From the NCBI GenBank assembly GCA_963702845.1, contig OY969763.1:1696001-1760000 (forward strand): a DNA stretch of 64,000 nt, given 5' to 3'. Positions 36,453 through 45,839 of this stretch are shown here, in pieces. The first letter of the stretch is position 1. Each line of letters begins with the position of its first letter. The notes below the pieces were generated by a model. It did not search any database. It was not told where the DNA came from and worked only from the letters and a program-made list of their open reading frames with translations. Source of the stretch: an uncultured Verrucomicrobiae bacterium (GTDB lineage Bacteria; Verrucomicrobiota; Verrucomicrobiia; Limisphaerales; Palsa-1400). Made by a program: the position numbers and the translations under genes.

Positions 36453-38069
36453 GTGCCGGTTAACTCTACACACATCAAATATGACGCAAGCGTATCCGCA
36501 TGGATTCGGGCGCGCGATATTTTGGCTGGTGAGGATGCCGTCAAAGCTGCGGGCGAACGTTATCTGCCGAAGTTGGATTCGCAATCGGATGACGAATTCA
36601 AAGCGTATCGCGATCGCGCTTCGTTCTTCAATGCGACGGGCCGCACGCTCGATGGTTACAGCGGGTTAATTTTTCGGCGCGCGCCTTTTGTCAAAATTCC
36701 TGAAGGTCCTTCCGGACGGGCACCATCCGGAGGGGCTCCATCTGCGCTCGCTTCCGCGCTCGGGCAGTTCGTTAACGACTGCGATATGCTGGGCACGTCG
36801 CTGACTGGCTACGCAAAGGATTTGGTCACTGAGGTTATCGGCGTAGGCCGAGCCGGGACGTTGGTTGATTGGGAAGGTGATTTTGAAAACCGCGCCTATG
36901 TCTCACTGTATCAGGCTGAGCAAATCATCAACTGGCGAGTGGAACGTGTAAATGGTCGCAATTTGCCAACGTTGATCGTGTTGTCGGAAGTGTTAGCACA
37001 CGGCCACATTGCAGCCGGCGGCGTTGGCACAGATGAATTTGCTCCTGAGGTTGTGGAGCAGATTCGTGTGCTCAAGTTGGTTGGTAGCAGCGCCACGGGC
37101 CAATCAGAAAACACGGACTCACACGGACGAGCACAGACGAACACGAACAAAAAGAGTGGTAAGCGAGCGATGGCTTATCAGGTTGAGATCTGGCAGGCGT
37201 TGGCAGGTAGCCAGCAGGGGCAGAAGAAAAGTGGCAAGGCGGAATGGACTTTGATTGAGACGCGCACGCCGTTGCGCCTTGGTAAACCGCTGCCGCTGAT
37301 CCCGTTTGTTTTTCATGGACCGCGCAATTCTTTGCCGGCTGTCGATAAGTTGCCGCTGACGGATTTGATCGCGGTGAATCTGGATCACTACCGGCTCAAT
37401 GCCGATTACAAGCACGGCATGCATTTTACCGCATTGCCGACGGCGTGGGTGAGTGGTTTCGATAAAAGTGAGCCGCTGCGCATCGGTTCAAGCACTGCCT
37501 GGCATTCGGAAGCGCCGGGGGCAACGGCTGGCTTCCTGGAATTTACGGGCCAAGGGCTCACCACTTTCGAGCGCGCGATGGATCGTGATGAAAAGCTTTT
37601 GGCGGTGCTTGGTTCGCGGTTGCTGGAGTCGCAGAAGCGCGTTGGTGAAACGGCGCAGGCAATCGAGCTGCGGCAGAGCGGCGAGAACAGCGTGTTGGCG
37701 AATGTGGCGACGAGTTTGAGCGAGTCGCTGACGCAGGTTTTGCGCTGGGTTTATTGGTGGAATTCCACCGAAGAAACTCCCGAGGCGCTGACTGACAATG
37801 TTGTTGTGATGTCGCTGAACACGGATTTCACGACGGCCGGGATGGATAGTAATGAGCTGCGCGAAATTGTCGCGGCTTGGCAATCAGGCGCAATCAGCCA
37901 GGACACGATGCTGGAGCTTTTCCGGCGTGGAGAAATTTTGCCGGATGGGCGCTCGAATGAAGACGAGGTGGCTTTAATTGGGGCGGCCGAAGTTAACCAC
38001 CAAGACACCAAGGCATCAAATAGCGGTGGGAGTGAGTCTCTCAGGCCGAATGTTGGCGTCGCTGGGTGA
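36453..38069 (+). CDS. Phage portal protein (DUF4055-like)
   Basis: GERYLPKL..YRDRASFFNATGRT; IPFVFHG; NLDHYRLNADY. Confidence 0.88.
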   Translation: MPVNSTHIKYDASVSAWIRARDILAGEDAVKAAGERYLPKLDSQSDDEFKAYRDRASFFNATGRTLDGYSGLIFRRAPFVKIPEGPSGRAPSGGAPSALASALGQFVNDCDMLGTSLTGYAKDLVTEVIGVGRAGTLVDWEGDFENRAYVSLYQAEQIINWRVERVNGRNLPTLIVLSEVLAHGHIAAGGVGTDEFAPEVVEQIRVLKLVGSSATGQSENTDSHGRAQTNTNKKSGKRAMAYQVEIWQALAGSQQGQKKSGKAEWTLIETRTPLRLGKPLPLIPFVFHGPRNSLPAVDKLPLTDLIAVNLDHYRLNADYKHGMHFTALPTAWVSGFDKSEPLRIGSSTAWHSEAPGATAGFLEFTGQGLTTFERAMDRDEKLLAVLGSRLLESQKRVGETAQAIELRQSGENSVLANVATSLSESLTQVLRWVYWWNSTEETPEALTDNVVVMSLNTDFTTAGMDSNELREIVAAWQSGAISQDTMLELFRRGEILPDGRSNEDEVALIGAAEVNHQDTKASNSGGSESLRPNVGVAG

Positions 38070-39062
38070 GTGAGTGGGTCGATTTCTGATTTCCTGCTTC
38101 GTGCAGTGAATGTGATGTGCCAAGCTTCTGGTGTGAGCAGACGGTTGAAAATGTTGGTGGTGGCCGGGTGTGCGTTGGTTGCAGTCGTTGCCGTTTGCTT
38201 TTTCTGCTTTCGCGAAAATGAGCCTTCCTACAATGGGCGGACGTTGAGTGAGTGGTTGGAAGAAATCACGGTTTCGCGTATCGCAGTGACAGAGCAACTC
38301 GAGGAGCAAAAGGCAATCGAAGCCGTGCGCGCCATTGGAACGAACGCTTTGCCATTCTTCGTGAAGTGGAGCGGCTATGGCTCTACTCCTTTGGAAGCGG
38401 ATCTGGTCAATGTTGGCCGCTGCATACCCGGAATACGCAATACTTCTGTTTTCCGCAGAATTGCCTTCCGTCACGTGAAAAAACGCTCTGCAGCTATTAA
38501 GGGATTCAGGATTTTGAAAGACAAAGCCGCGCTCGTGGTGCCGGAACTTATAACTCGATTGAATCGCACAAAAAACTATGAAAAGGCATTGGGCGTTGCG
38601 TCTATGCTCCAATGTGTCGGCGAACCCGCAGTACCCGCTCTTATTAAAGCAGCAGAATCTGGGAGTCTCGAGCACCGCAGTGCAGCAATGTACGCATTGT
38701 CGGGCATGGGAACGTTTGCCTGTGATGCTGTTCCAGCACTTTTGGAAATTGGGCGCAACCTTTCCGATCCAGCACATAACGAGGCTGCCGCGACCGTTGG
38801 GAAAATGGCAGGGTGCTCGGACCAGGCAATTTCCACCTTTTCCAACATGCTGGCGTCCGCCACACCTGGAGACCGAATTTGCGCGCTTATCGGCCTCACA
38901 ACTTTTGTGAGGTGGCAAGGAGCAACTTCTATCCAGCAAACTGTGCCGGCAATTAAACTCGCACTTGAAGACTCCGATATAGGTGTGCGGTATTGGGCAA
39001 AAGAAGCTCTGACGGTGATCGCGCCCCAAGCCCTGACCAATAGCGCATCGAGCAATAACTAG
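38070..39062 (+). CDS. Membrane-anchored HEAT-repeat protein (start uncertain)
   Basis: EPSYNGRTLSEWL; AIGTNALP; AVPALI repeats. Confidence 0.8.
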   Translation: MSGSISDFLLRAVNVMCQASGVSRRLKMLVVAGCALVAVVAVCFFCFRENEPSYNGRTLSEWLEEITVSRIAVTEQLEEQKAIEAVRAIGTNALPFFVKWSGYGSTPLEADLVNVGRCIPGIRNTSVFRRIAFRHVKKRSAAIKGFRILKDKAALVVPELITRLNRTKNYEKALGVASMLQCVGEPAVPALIKAAESGSLEHRSAAMYALSGMGTFACDAVPALLEIGRNLSDPAHNEAAATVGKMAGCSDQAISTFSNMLASATPGDRICALIGLTTFVRWQGATSIQQTVPAIKLALEDSDIGVRYWAKEALTVIAPQALTNSASSNN

Positions 39063-39068
39063 GAACAA

Positions 39069-39992
39069 ATGACTGGCCGCCGAAAAAAATTTCTCCTGGC
39101 CGCGTGCGGTGTGGTTGCAGTTGTGGGTGTTTGCTTCTTCTGTCTTCGTGACAATGAGCCTTCTTATAATGGGCGGACGTTGAGTGAGTGGTTGGATGAA
39201 TGCGAGGAGCTTGGATTCCAAGAAATCGCCGACATGCCAAAGTTGAAAGATGCTGTGACTGCTGTTCGCGCGATCGGCACAAATGCTCTGCCCCGGCTGC
39301 TCGCTTGGGAGGCAAAGGACGAATCTCCGAGTCAGAAGTGGCTCGGTCGGCATATTCCCAGCCCGTTGAAGCAACCCTGGTTGGAAAAGCTCATTAGCGG
39401 CGATGCCGCCCACAAGAATATGATCGCCGAAATCGGATTTCAAATTCTTGGAACGAACGCTCTTCCCGCTTTGCCGCAATTGGAGGAAAGATTCACTAAA
39501 GGTACGAATGGGACCCAAGTTTTGGGGAGTGCGTATGCGATGGCTTACATGGGACGTAATGCGTTCGACTTCTGTCTGAGGACAGCGGAATCCGGTGGAA
39601 CGAACTTGCACGTTCGAGCAGCGATTGTGGCCATCGGTCAAATGAATTACCTGGGGACGAACGCGATGCGGGCCATGCCAGTGCTCCTTAACGCAATGAA
39701 AAATACGAATGACCTTAGAGTCGCGCGCGCTGCAACGCTCTCTGCATCGGGACTCGGTTTGATGCCAGAACGAGTACTTCCCGCAGCGACAAACCTTTTC
39801 CAATTAGGAGATGCTTCCACAAAGGCCAATGTTCTCCTCGGCATAAGGTTCCTGAGTAAGCACGTTGCAATCCCAAGGGATTTTCTTCAGCAAGCGCTCA
39901 CCGATCCTGATCAAGCGGTCCGTGGTTTCGCGACCAACGCTACACGCGAAGCCGCGCCTGAGATGCTTACCAACAGCGTCCCGGCTCGCTAG
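39069..39992 (+). CDS. Membrane-anchored HEAT-repeat protein (paralog)
   Basis: Same N-terminal motifs; ALTDPDQAVR. Confidence 0.8.
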   Translation: MTGRRKKFLLAACGVVAVVGVCFFCLRDNEPSYNGRTLSEWLDECEELGFQEIADMPKLKDAVTAVRAIGTNALPRLLAWEAKDESPSQKWLGRHIPSPLKQPWLEKLISGDAAHKNMIAEIGFQILGTNALPALPQLEERFTKGTNGTQVLGSAYAMAYMGRNAFDFCLRTAESGGTNLHVRAAIVAIGQMNYLGTNAMRAMPVLLNAMKNTNDLRVARAATLSASGLGLMPERVLPAATNLFQLGDASTKANVLLGIRFLSKHVAIPRDFLQQALTDPDQAVRGFATNATREAAPEMLTNSVPAR

Positions 39993-40181
39993 GTTCGTTC
40001 CATTCCGGGATTTTCATATTGGCTTCGCAAGAGCGGACTAGCGTCAACAACATTTTGCGAATTTATTGTGCGCGTCTGTGCGCGGCAAAGCGCGTACGTG
40101 CGCGCAGGTGCGTGACGAAATTTGGCTGAATCAGCCCTCCCGTAAAATTTCTAAAAACCCGTGCTAAAACTGCATCCAGTT

Positions 40182-40988
40182 ATGGCACTTAAATTCAAAT
40201 TTAATTCGAAGAGCGAAATTCCGGCTGAGTTGGCGGCGCATTATGTCGAGCGCGATGGCGCTTGGGTTTTGGAAGCCGACGGCTCTGCTGACGTGTTGGC
40301 ACACGGCCACGATGCCCTCAAAGCCCGGCTCGATGAGTTTCGCCAGAGCAATTTGGCGTTACTGAAACAGATCGAAGAGCAAAAGACCCGATTCGACGGG
40401 ATCGATCCGGATGAGGTGCGAAAGCTCACTGACGAAAAGCGCCAACTCGAAGAAGCGCAACAGTTGAAAGCAGGCGAGTTGGAAAAGGTTGTCGAGAATC
40501 GCGTCAAAGGCATGAAAGCGGATTGGGACAAGCAACTCACCACTCTCACTTCGGAGCGCGATTCGCTCAACGCGCGCCTGACTGCGATTCAGATTGATCA
40601 GGGTGTGGTTGGCGCTGCGACGAAACGCGGGCTTCGTCCAACCGCGTTCGCTGATATTACGGCGCGTGCGCGAAATGTTTTCAAGTTGGTGAACGGTGCG
40701 CCACGCGCATTCGAGGCTGATGGCCAGACTGTGCGTTACGGCAAGGATGGCGTAACGCCGATGACTTTAGAGGAGTGGGTGGATTCGCAAGTTTCCGACG
40801 CTCCTCACTTGTTCGAATCCAATGCTGGTGGCGGTGCCGCTGGCGACGCTTCCGGTGGAGGCGCTGGCTCACGACAAGGTCGGTCCGTCAAAAATCCCTT
40901 CCGCAAGGAAAGCTGGAATTTGACGGAGCAAATGAGACTGCAAAAAACTGATCCGCAACTCGCCGCGCGCTTACAGGCGTCGGCGTAA
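40182..40988 (+). CDS. Capsid scaffold protein
   Basis: Coiled coil; APHLF..GGG; KNPFRKESWNLTEQ; precedes the capsid gene. Confidence 0.75.
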   Translation: MALKFKFNSKSEIPAELAAHYVERDGAWVLEADGSADVLAHGHDALKARLDEFRQSNLALLKQIEEQKTRFDGIDPDEVRKLTDEKRQLEEAQQLKAGELEKVVENRVKGMKADWDKQLTTLTSERDSLNARLTAIQIDQGVVGAATKRGLRPTAFADITARARNVFKLVNGAPRAFEADGQTVRYGKDGVTPMTLEEWVDSQVSDAPHLFESNAGGGAAGDASGGGAGSRQGRSVKNPFRKESWNLTEQMRLQKTDPQLAARLQASA

Positions 40989-41018
40989 TTACGGGTCACA
41001 ACCGGAGAAATAACGTTT

Positions 41019-42029
41019 ATGGCAAAGACAGCAGTGGCGGACATTATCATCCCCACAGAGTTTGAAAAATATGCGATCGAGCGCACGGCTGAATTGGCGG
41101 CGTTCGGTGAGTGCGGCATTGTCGAGGCATCGCCTGAGTTCGATGCAATCGCGGCCGAAGGTGGACGCGAAGTTAAAATGCCGTTTTGGAAGGACCTTTC
41201 GGCGACGCGTCAGCTTCTGAGCGATTCGGCAACGCTCGCGGTTAATAAAATCGGCACTGATCAAGATGTCGCGCGTATTCACAATGACGCGCAGGTCTGG
41301 TCTGTGAATCACCTGGCGAAAGTCGTTTCGGGTGATGACCCGATGCAGGCGATTGTGGACCTGGTCGCGCAGTATTGGGCGCGCACGGATGAAGGCCTCG
41401 TCGTGTCGTGTCTCAAGGGCATGTTCGCGGCGGGTTCGATGGCGGGCAATTTGCTCGCGATTCATTCGGAGTCGGCGGCTGGCGCTGCTTCGTCGACGAA
41501 GTTGACTGGTGCGACGTTCGTGGATGCTTGCGCGAAGTTGGGTGATCGTGCTGATCGACTCACTGCCGTTGCGATGCACTCGGCAACTGAAGCTGCGTTG
41601 CGCAAGCTCGACTTGATCGACTTCATCCCGGACAGCGAGGGCAAGCCGCTCTTGCGCGTGTTCCAAGGTCGGCGTGTTGTTGTCGATGACAACTTGCCCA
41701 CTCGGGCTGGCACGACTGATGGCACGGTCTACACGACCTACTTGTTTGGCCAGGGCGCGTTTGCGAAAGGCTCGTCGAAACTGGATTCGACGCCGCTGCA
41801 AGGTGGTATCGGCACTGAAGGTGTCGAGATTGCGCGTGCTCCTTTGGATAGCGATACGATTCTGATCAATCGTCGCCGCTATCTCTTGCATCCGCGTGGT
41901 GTGAAGTTCACCAGCGCTTCTGTTGCTGGCGATTCTCCGACCAATGCGGAGTTGGAAACCGGCGCGAACTGGACCCGCGTTTGGGAAAACAAAAACGTCC
42001 GCATCGTCGCGGTGACTCACAACAATTAA
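41019..42029 (+). CDS. Major capsid protein
   Basis: VKMPFWKDL; SGDDPMQAI; AVAMHS; GRRVVVDD; LLHPRG. Confidence 0.88.
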   Translation: MAKTAVADIIIPTEFEKYAIERTAELAAFGECGIVEASPEFDAIAAEGGREVKMPFWKDLSATRQLLSDSATLAVNKIGTDQDVARIHNDAQVWSVNHLAKVVSGDDPMQAIVDLVAQYWARTDEGLVVSCLKGMFAAGSMAGNLLAIHSESAAGAASSTKLTGATFVDACAKLGDRADRLTAVAMHSATEAALRKLDLIDFIPDSEGKPLLRVFQGRRVVVDDNLPTRAGTTDGTVYTTYLFGQGAFAKGSSKLDSTPLQGGIGTEGVEIARAPLDSDTILINRRRYLLHPRGVKFTSASVAGDSPTNAELETGANWTRVWENKNVRIVAVTHNN

Positions 42030-42101
42030 CAAACCGGGCGCCGACCCCGCACACCGCACGTGGTGTCGGGGTGGCGCTCCTCCACCTTCGAAAGGAAATT
42101 T

Positions 42102-42335
42102 ATGGGTAAAGAGATTCCCAGGAGTTTTGAAAAGATTCGGAGCGGCGAGCAGCTCAACTTGAAAAGCCGCGGCTTTACAAATGTTGCTTCGCTTACGGCG
42201 GCGGGCGTCACTGCTGCAAAGAATGCCGGCGCGTTGATTTACCTCAGCGCGGGCGGCACTGGTTCTGTGGCGTGCCTCGCAATTTCCGACGGCACGAATT
42301 GGAAACAGGTTGCGATTGGAGCGAACGCCATCTGA
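42102..42335 (+). CDS. Small phage structural protein
   Basis: LAISDGTNWK motif; follows the capsid gene. Confidence 0.6.
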   Translation: MGKEIPRSFEKIRSGEQLNLKSRGFTNVASLTAAGVTAAKNAGALIYLSAGGTGSVACLAISDGTNWKQVAIGANAI

Positions 42336-42355
42336 GTGTTAGCACACGGCCACCT

Positions 42356-42538
42356 ATGAAAATTGAACAAGGTTTATATCCAATCATCCGGCGTGTTCGA
42401 CGGCCGCTGATTCCTACTGATGCCGGCACGGCTGCTCCTGCGGTCGTGCCGGCGAAAGTCGACGAGCCTTTCGCACCTACGCAACCGCCGAAACCTGAAA
42501 CAAAAGCAGATGCCCCGCCGACGACCTCAGATGATTGA
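42356..42538 (+). CDS. Small hypothetical protein
   Basis: YPIIRRVRRPL; operon position. Confidence 0.45.
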   Translation: MKIEQGLYPIIRRVRRPLIPTDAGTAAPAVVPAKVDEPFAPTQPPKPETKADAPPTTSDD

Positions 42539-43286
42539 TGCGTCTCCAGTTTCGGCCAAAGCCGCCGTGTGGTTTGCGATGCAGCAGCAGCGTCGGCGTC
42601 GTCGCAATTCTTTGGCGGCGGGCGGACCAGCACTGGCGAATGTTCCGGGTGATTGCGTGTTGCGATTGAAAGCGAGCACGCTGGATTTAGGTGATGATGA
42701 TTCGATTGCCTTTTGGCCTGATCTGAGCGGCAACGCAAATGACGTTTCGCAAATCACGGTTTCGCAACAGCCGACATTTCAGACAGTGACGTTCGCGGGG
42801 AAGACGTTTGCTGTTGCGCGTTTCGATACTGTCGATGATGGGATGGAGACGCCGGTCGTGATTTCTGGTGCGTTTTCGATTTTCACGTTGTGGAGGTTGG
42901 CGGATGCCGATGTGTTTAGCGGCGCGATTCTGTCGTCCGCTTCAGCCGACTGGACCGTGGGCAATATCAATGGGCAGATGCTTTGTTACTTCGAAGGATG
43001 GAGCGCCGCTACAACCGTCAACGATTCGGATTTCTATTTGGTAGAGGCGCGCATCGTTCCTGGGAGCAGTCCGGAAAACATTTATTTGAACGGTGTGCAG
43101 GTTGGGATGAGTGGCGGCGGGTCGGGGGTGCCTTATCAGATAATGTTGGGAGCATCGGGCGGCAACGGTTATCCCGGCAATTGCGATTGTGCGGAGATTC
43201 TTATTTACGATCGCTTTCTCTCGGACGATGAGGCGGCCGGCGTGCGCGCGTATTTCCAGGAGGAATACAACTACTTGAAATTATGA
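42531..43286 (+). CDS. LamG/concanavalin-like virion protein
   Basis: WPDLSGNAND; IYLNG; AEILIYDRFLS. Confidence 0.65.
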   Translation: MIDASPVSAKAAVWFAMQQQRRRRRNSLAAGGPALANVPGDCVLRLKASTLDLGDDDSIAFWPDLSGNANDVSQITVSQQPTFQTVTFAGKTFAVARFDTVDDGMETPVVISGAFSIFTLWRLADADVFSGAILSSASADWTVGNINGQMLCYFEGWSAATTVNDSDFYLVEARIVPGSSPENIYLNGVQVGMSGGGSGVPYQIMLGASGGNGYPGNCDCAEILIYDRFLSDDEAAGVRAYFQEEYNYLKL

Positions 43287-43600
43287 GCGTGCGCTATCTC
43301 GTCATTATTCCCGCTGCGGATCAGTCGCAAGCAAATGCTCTGTCGAAATCAGAATTTGATTCCGATGGCGGTGAGAAAACTTTTTCGATTGGTTTGTCAG
43401 TAACGGGCAAGCCGCCGGCAACGCACTATTGGTGCTCGGCTTTGTTTTTTCGAACGGGACCTGAGCGTTTGCTTGCTGCCAAAGCGATTTTTCCTGATGC
43501 CGTTGTTGTGGACTACGACGGCGCAACGGATCCCGGCTTTCCGCAACGCACGATTGCGGGGCTTGGGTTGAAACAGATTGTGACGCTACCGGATAGATAA
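43283..43600 (+). CDS. Hypothetical phage protein
   Basis: ATGA overlap with upstream gene. Confidence 0.55.
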   Translation: MSVRYLVIIPAADQSQANALSKSEFDSDGGEKTFSIGLSVTGKPPATHYWCSALFFRTGPERLLAAKAIFPDAVVVDYDGATDPGFPQRTIAGLGLKQIVTLPDR

Positions 43601-43601
43601 T

Positions 43602-44186
43602 ATGGCGCTAGTTCTCGTAAAAGAAGATGGGACCGGTTTGGCGAGCGCGAATTCTTACGCGAGCGCCGCCGACGGCGATGCCTATCACGATGGGCATTTG
43701 TACGCGACGGTCTGGACTGGCGCGACGACGGCGAACAAGGAAAAAGCGCTCGTGTTCGCGACTCGCGTCATTGATTCGCAGTATCGGTTCCATGGTCTTC
43801 GCACCGTTGCCGGGCAAGCTTTGCAATGGCCTCGGTCCGATTGTCCTGATCCTGATGCGACGCCTGATTCCAGTGGCATCGCGGTTTTTGCGAGCGATCA
43901 GATTTCAGTCGCGCTGATCAATGCGACCTGTGAAATGGCGCGCGCGTTGTTAGCTACGGATCGAACGGGCGCTCCGCTTGGCGAGGGAATTGATACGACC
44001 CAGACGTCGGCCTCGAGCGCGAGTAATGACGGAACAACTTCGAGCAGCGTCAGCAATAGTTCGATGACTCGATACAGCAAGGTCGACACGCGACCGATGA
44101 TTTCTCAAGCGGCACAAGCGTTTCTCTCAAAGCTCGGCGATTTGCCTGGTCGAGCGAGCGGTGCGGTGCAGTTGGTCCGAGTTTGA
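43602..44186 (+). CDS. Head-completion/adaptor-like protein (DnaT-like phage family)
   Basis: EDGTGLASANSY; QALQWPR; ATCEMA. Confidence 0.7.
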   Translation: MALVLVKEDGTGLASANSYASAADGDAYHDGHLYATVWTGATTANKEKALVFATRVIDSQYRFHGLRTVAGQALQWPRSDCPDPDATPDSSGIAVFASDQISVALINATCEMARALLATDRTGAPLGEGIDTTQTSASSASNDGTTSSSVSNSSMTRYSKVDTRPMISQAAQAFLSKLGDLPGRASGAVQLVRV

Positions 44187-44195
44187 AAGGAGACG

Positions 44196-44522
44196 ATGAC
44201 GAACATGAACGCAACTGAATTTTTGAAAGCGGTGGATCATGCGGCGGCGATGAATGACCGGTGGTTATTTTTGGCGGCGTTTTGCCTGCTGCTGTTGTTG
44301 TGCGGCCTGGTGATTTATTGGCTCGTGCGGCAATTGCAGAGCTTGATTGCGGACCACAAGGAGCTGCGCCATGAGCACCACGCCGCGCTGCAGCAAATCA
44401 TCAACACGCAAAATGAAACGGCGTTGAAACTCGCCGTCTGCCTGGACCGTAATACGGCCGCGTTACAGGAATGCAGTTTCGAACTTCGCAGATTTCAGGG
44501 TGCGAGCCGCACCGGCCATTAA
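44196..44522 (+). CDS. Single-TM coiled-coil protein (holin-like, tentative)
   Basis: One TM plus coiled coil; SD-like GGAG. Confidence 0.55.
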   Translation: MTNMNATEFLKAVDHAAAMNDRWLFLAAFCLLLLLCGLVIYWLVRQLQSLIADHKELRHEHHAALQQIINTQNETALKLAVCLDRNTAALQECSFELRRFQGASRTGH

Positions 44523-44532
44523 AAAGGAGAGT

Positions 44533-45249
44533 ATGAGAAGATTGATTCTATCGTTCGCCGCACTCGCGCTTGTCGCCTGCGGCACAACTAAACCGCTTAA
44601 GCCCGGTGTGGCGCGCATTCAATCGAACGTCGGGACCAACGGCGTTCGCGAGTTCGTCGCCGATTTGAAGCAGCCGGAAAATCCGGCGCAAAGCGCGACT
44701 CAGAATTTTGAGCGCACAACGGAAACTGAGTTGCCGATCCCGGCGCAGAGCAGGGTGCAGGAAGTATTCATCACGCCGGCAGCGCAGCCTGGTGGTGAGC
44801 CGGTGAAGCAGGAGAAAACAATCGTGCTATCTGCACCGACGGTGCAAAAAACGCGCGTCAGCGAAAAGGCGGGCACGATGATTGGTGCAGCGCAAAAAGA
44901 CACGGCGCGGGAATTCGGCGCAAAGCTCGCCAGTTTGAAAGGTGTTGTTTGGGTTGGGCTCGGTCTGTTTCTGTTCGGACTGGCATCGCTTTTCTATCCA
45001 CCTCTGCGCGCAATTGTCGGCAGCGTCACCACAAGCCTAGCGATGGTCGGCGGGGGAGTCGCTCTAATGATCTTGCCGTCACTGATCGTCGGCAACGAGT
45101 TGCTGATTCTTTCCGCTGTAGCGCTCAGCGTTGGCGGCTGGTTTTTTGCTCATCGTCACGGGCAATTGCGTGGAACAGTCGATGCCCAAAATAAAACGAG
45201 TGTGGCCGGCGTGGCGGAAGCGACCGTTTCGCGGCTGATGGGAAAATAG
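44533..45249 (+). CDS. Lipoprotein with C-terminal TM segments
   Basis: LVAC lipobox; three TM segments; SD AGGAG. Confidence 0.65.
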   Translation: MRRLILSFAALALVACGTTKPLKPGVARIQSNVGTNGVREFVADLKQPENPAQSATQNFERTTETELPIPAQSRVQEVFITPAAQPGGEPVKQEKTIVLSAPTVQKTRVSEKAGTMIGAAQKDTAREFGAKLASLKGVVWVGLGLFLFGLASLFYPPLRAIVGSVTTSLAMVGGGVALMILPSLIVGNELLILSAVALSVGGWFFAHRHGQLRGTVDAQNKTSVAGVAEATVSRLMGK

Positions 45250-45450
45250 CGACGGAACACCGCTGAAAAAGCCTAACAATTCCTAACGAGAAAATTGCAT
45301 TTCGCTGTTCAAACGTGCATGTCGCCAAAAAGTTCTACGAGAAATTCAGAAACTGAAAACACGCAAAATATGCAATAAAGACGGGCCTAAATGCACGTTC
45401 ACGAAAACTAAGACACAAAATTTCTTCTTCCTAAAAATTACGGTATTGGC

Positions 45451-45473
45451 TTCAACTCCCGCCGCCTCCACCA
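45451..45473 (+). other. att site: duplicated 3' end of tmRNA (ssrA) or a tRNA
   Basis: TTCAACTCCCGCCGCCTCCACCA (T-loop to CCA) without the 5' T-stem, at the phage/host boundary. Confidence 0.8.
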
Positions 45474-45597
45474 TTTTCTGCGGTGGCAATTATTGCCGCG
45501 GCGTAGTTCCGCTCCACGGAACGAAGGCGGGCTAAACTTTTGAATTGTCCTGCACATCATGTGCGGCAATCTTCGCCCCATGCTAAAATTCTGGTGC

Positions 45598-45770
45598 GTC
45601 TACATCCTACAAAGTGTATCGACCCCAGAAACCTACTACACCAGCCTCACCGAAGACCCCCAGTGCCGCTTAGAGACGCACAACCATGCGAACTTTCGTC
45701 GACTTCCGCACACAAACCCTGACGCATAAAAACCGGAATAGCTTTTACTGACCAAGAGAGTGCCCGTGAT
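45598..45770 (+). pseudogene. GIY-YIG nuclease remnant
   Basis: VYILQS..YYTSLTEDPQCRLETHN then frameshift/stop. Confidence 0.6.
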
Positions 45771-45839
45771 CTTTCACCAACATGACCTCAATTGGTCGTG
45801 CAGTTGACAACCAGTGGTTTCACACCTACAACAGTTGCT

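Larger units (their letters stand above)
10985..45473 (+). mobile_element. Prophage/satellite-like backbone without tail genes, ending at an ssrA-type att site; element probably extends left beyond the window
   Basis: Repressor, replication, terminase, portal, scaffold, capsid, att in order; no tail, tape measure, lysin or integrase recognised. Confidence 0.8.

Noticed and set aside
38016..39803. 595-aa minus-strand ORF
   Set aside because: Shadow of the two plus-strand HEAT-repeat genes
45451..45473. Intact tRNA or tmRNA gene
   Set aside because: Only the T-loop to CCA is present; upstream sequence cannot form the T-stem or acceptor stem
1..45473. Integron integrase or phage integrase
   Set aside because: No ORF with tyrosine- or serine-recombinase motifs other than the IS110 enzyme; any integrase must lie outside the window
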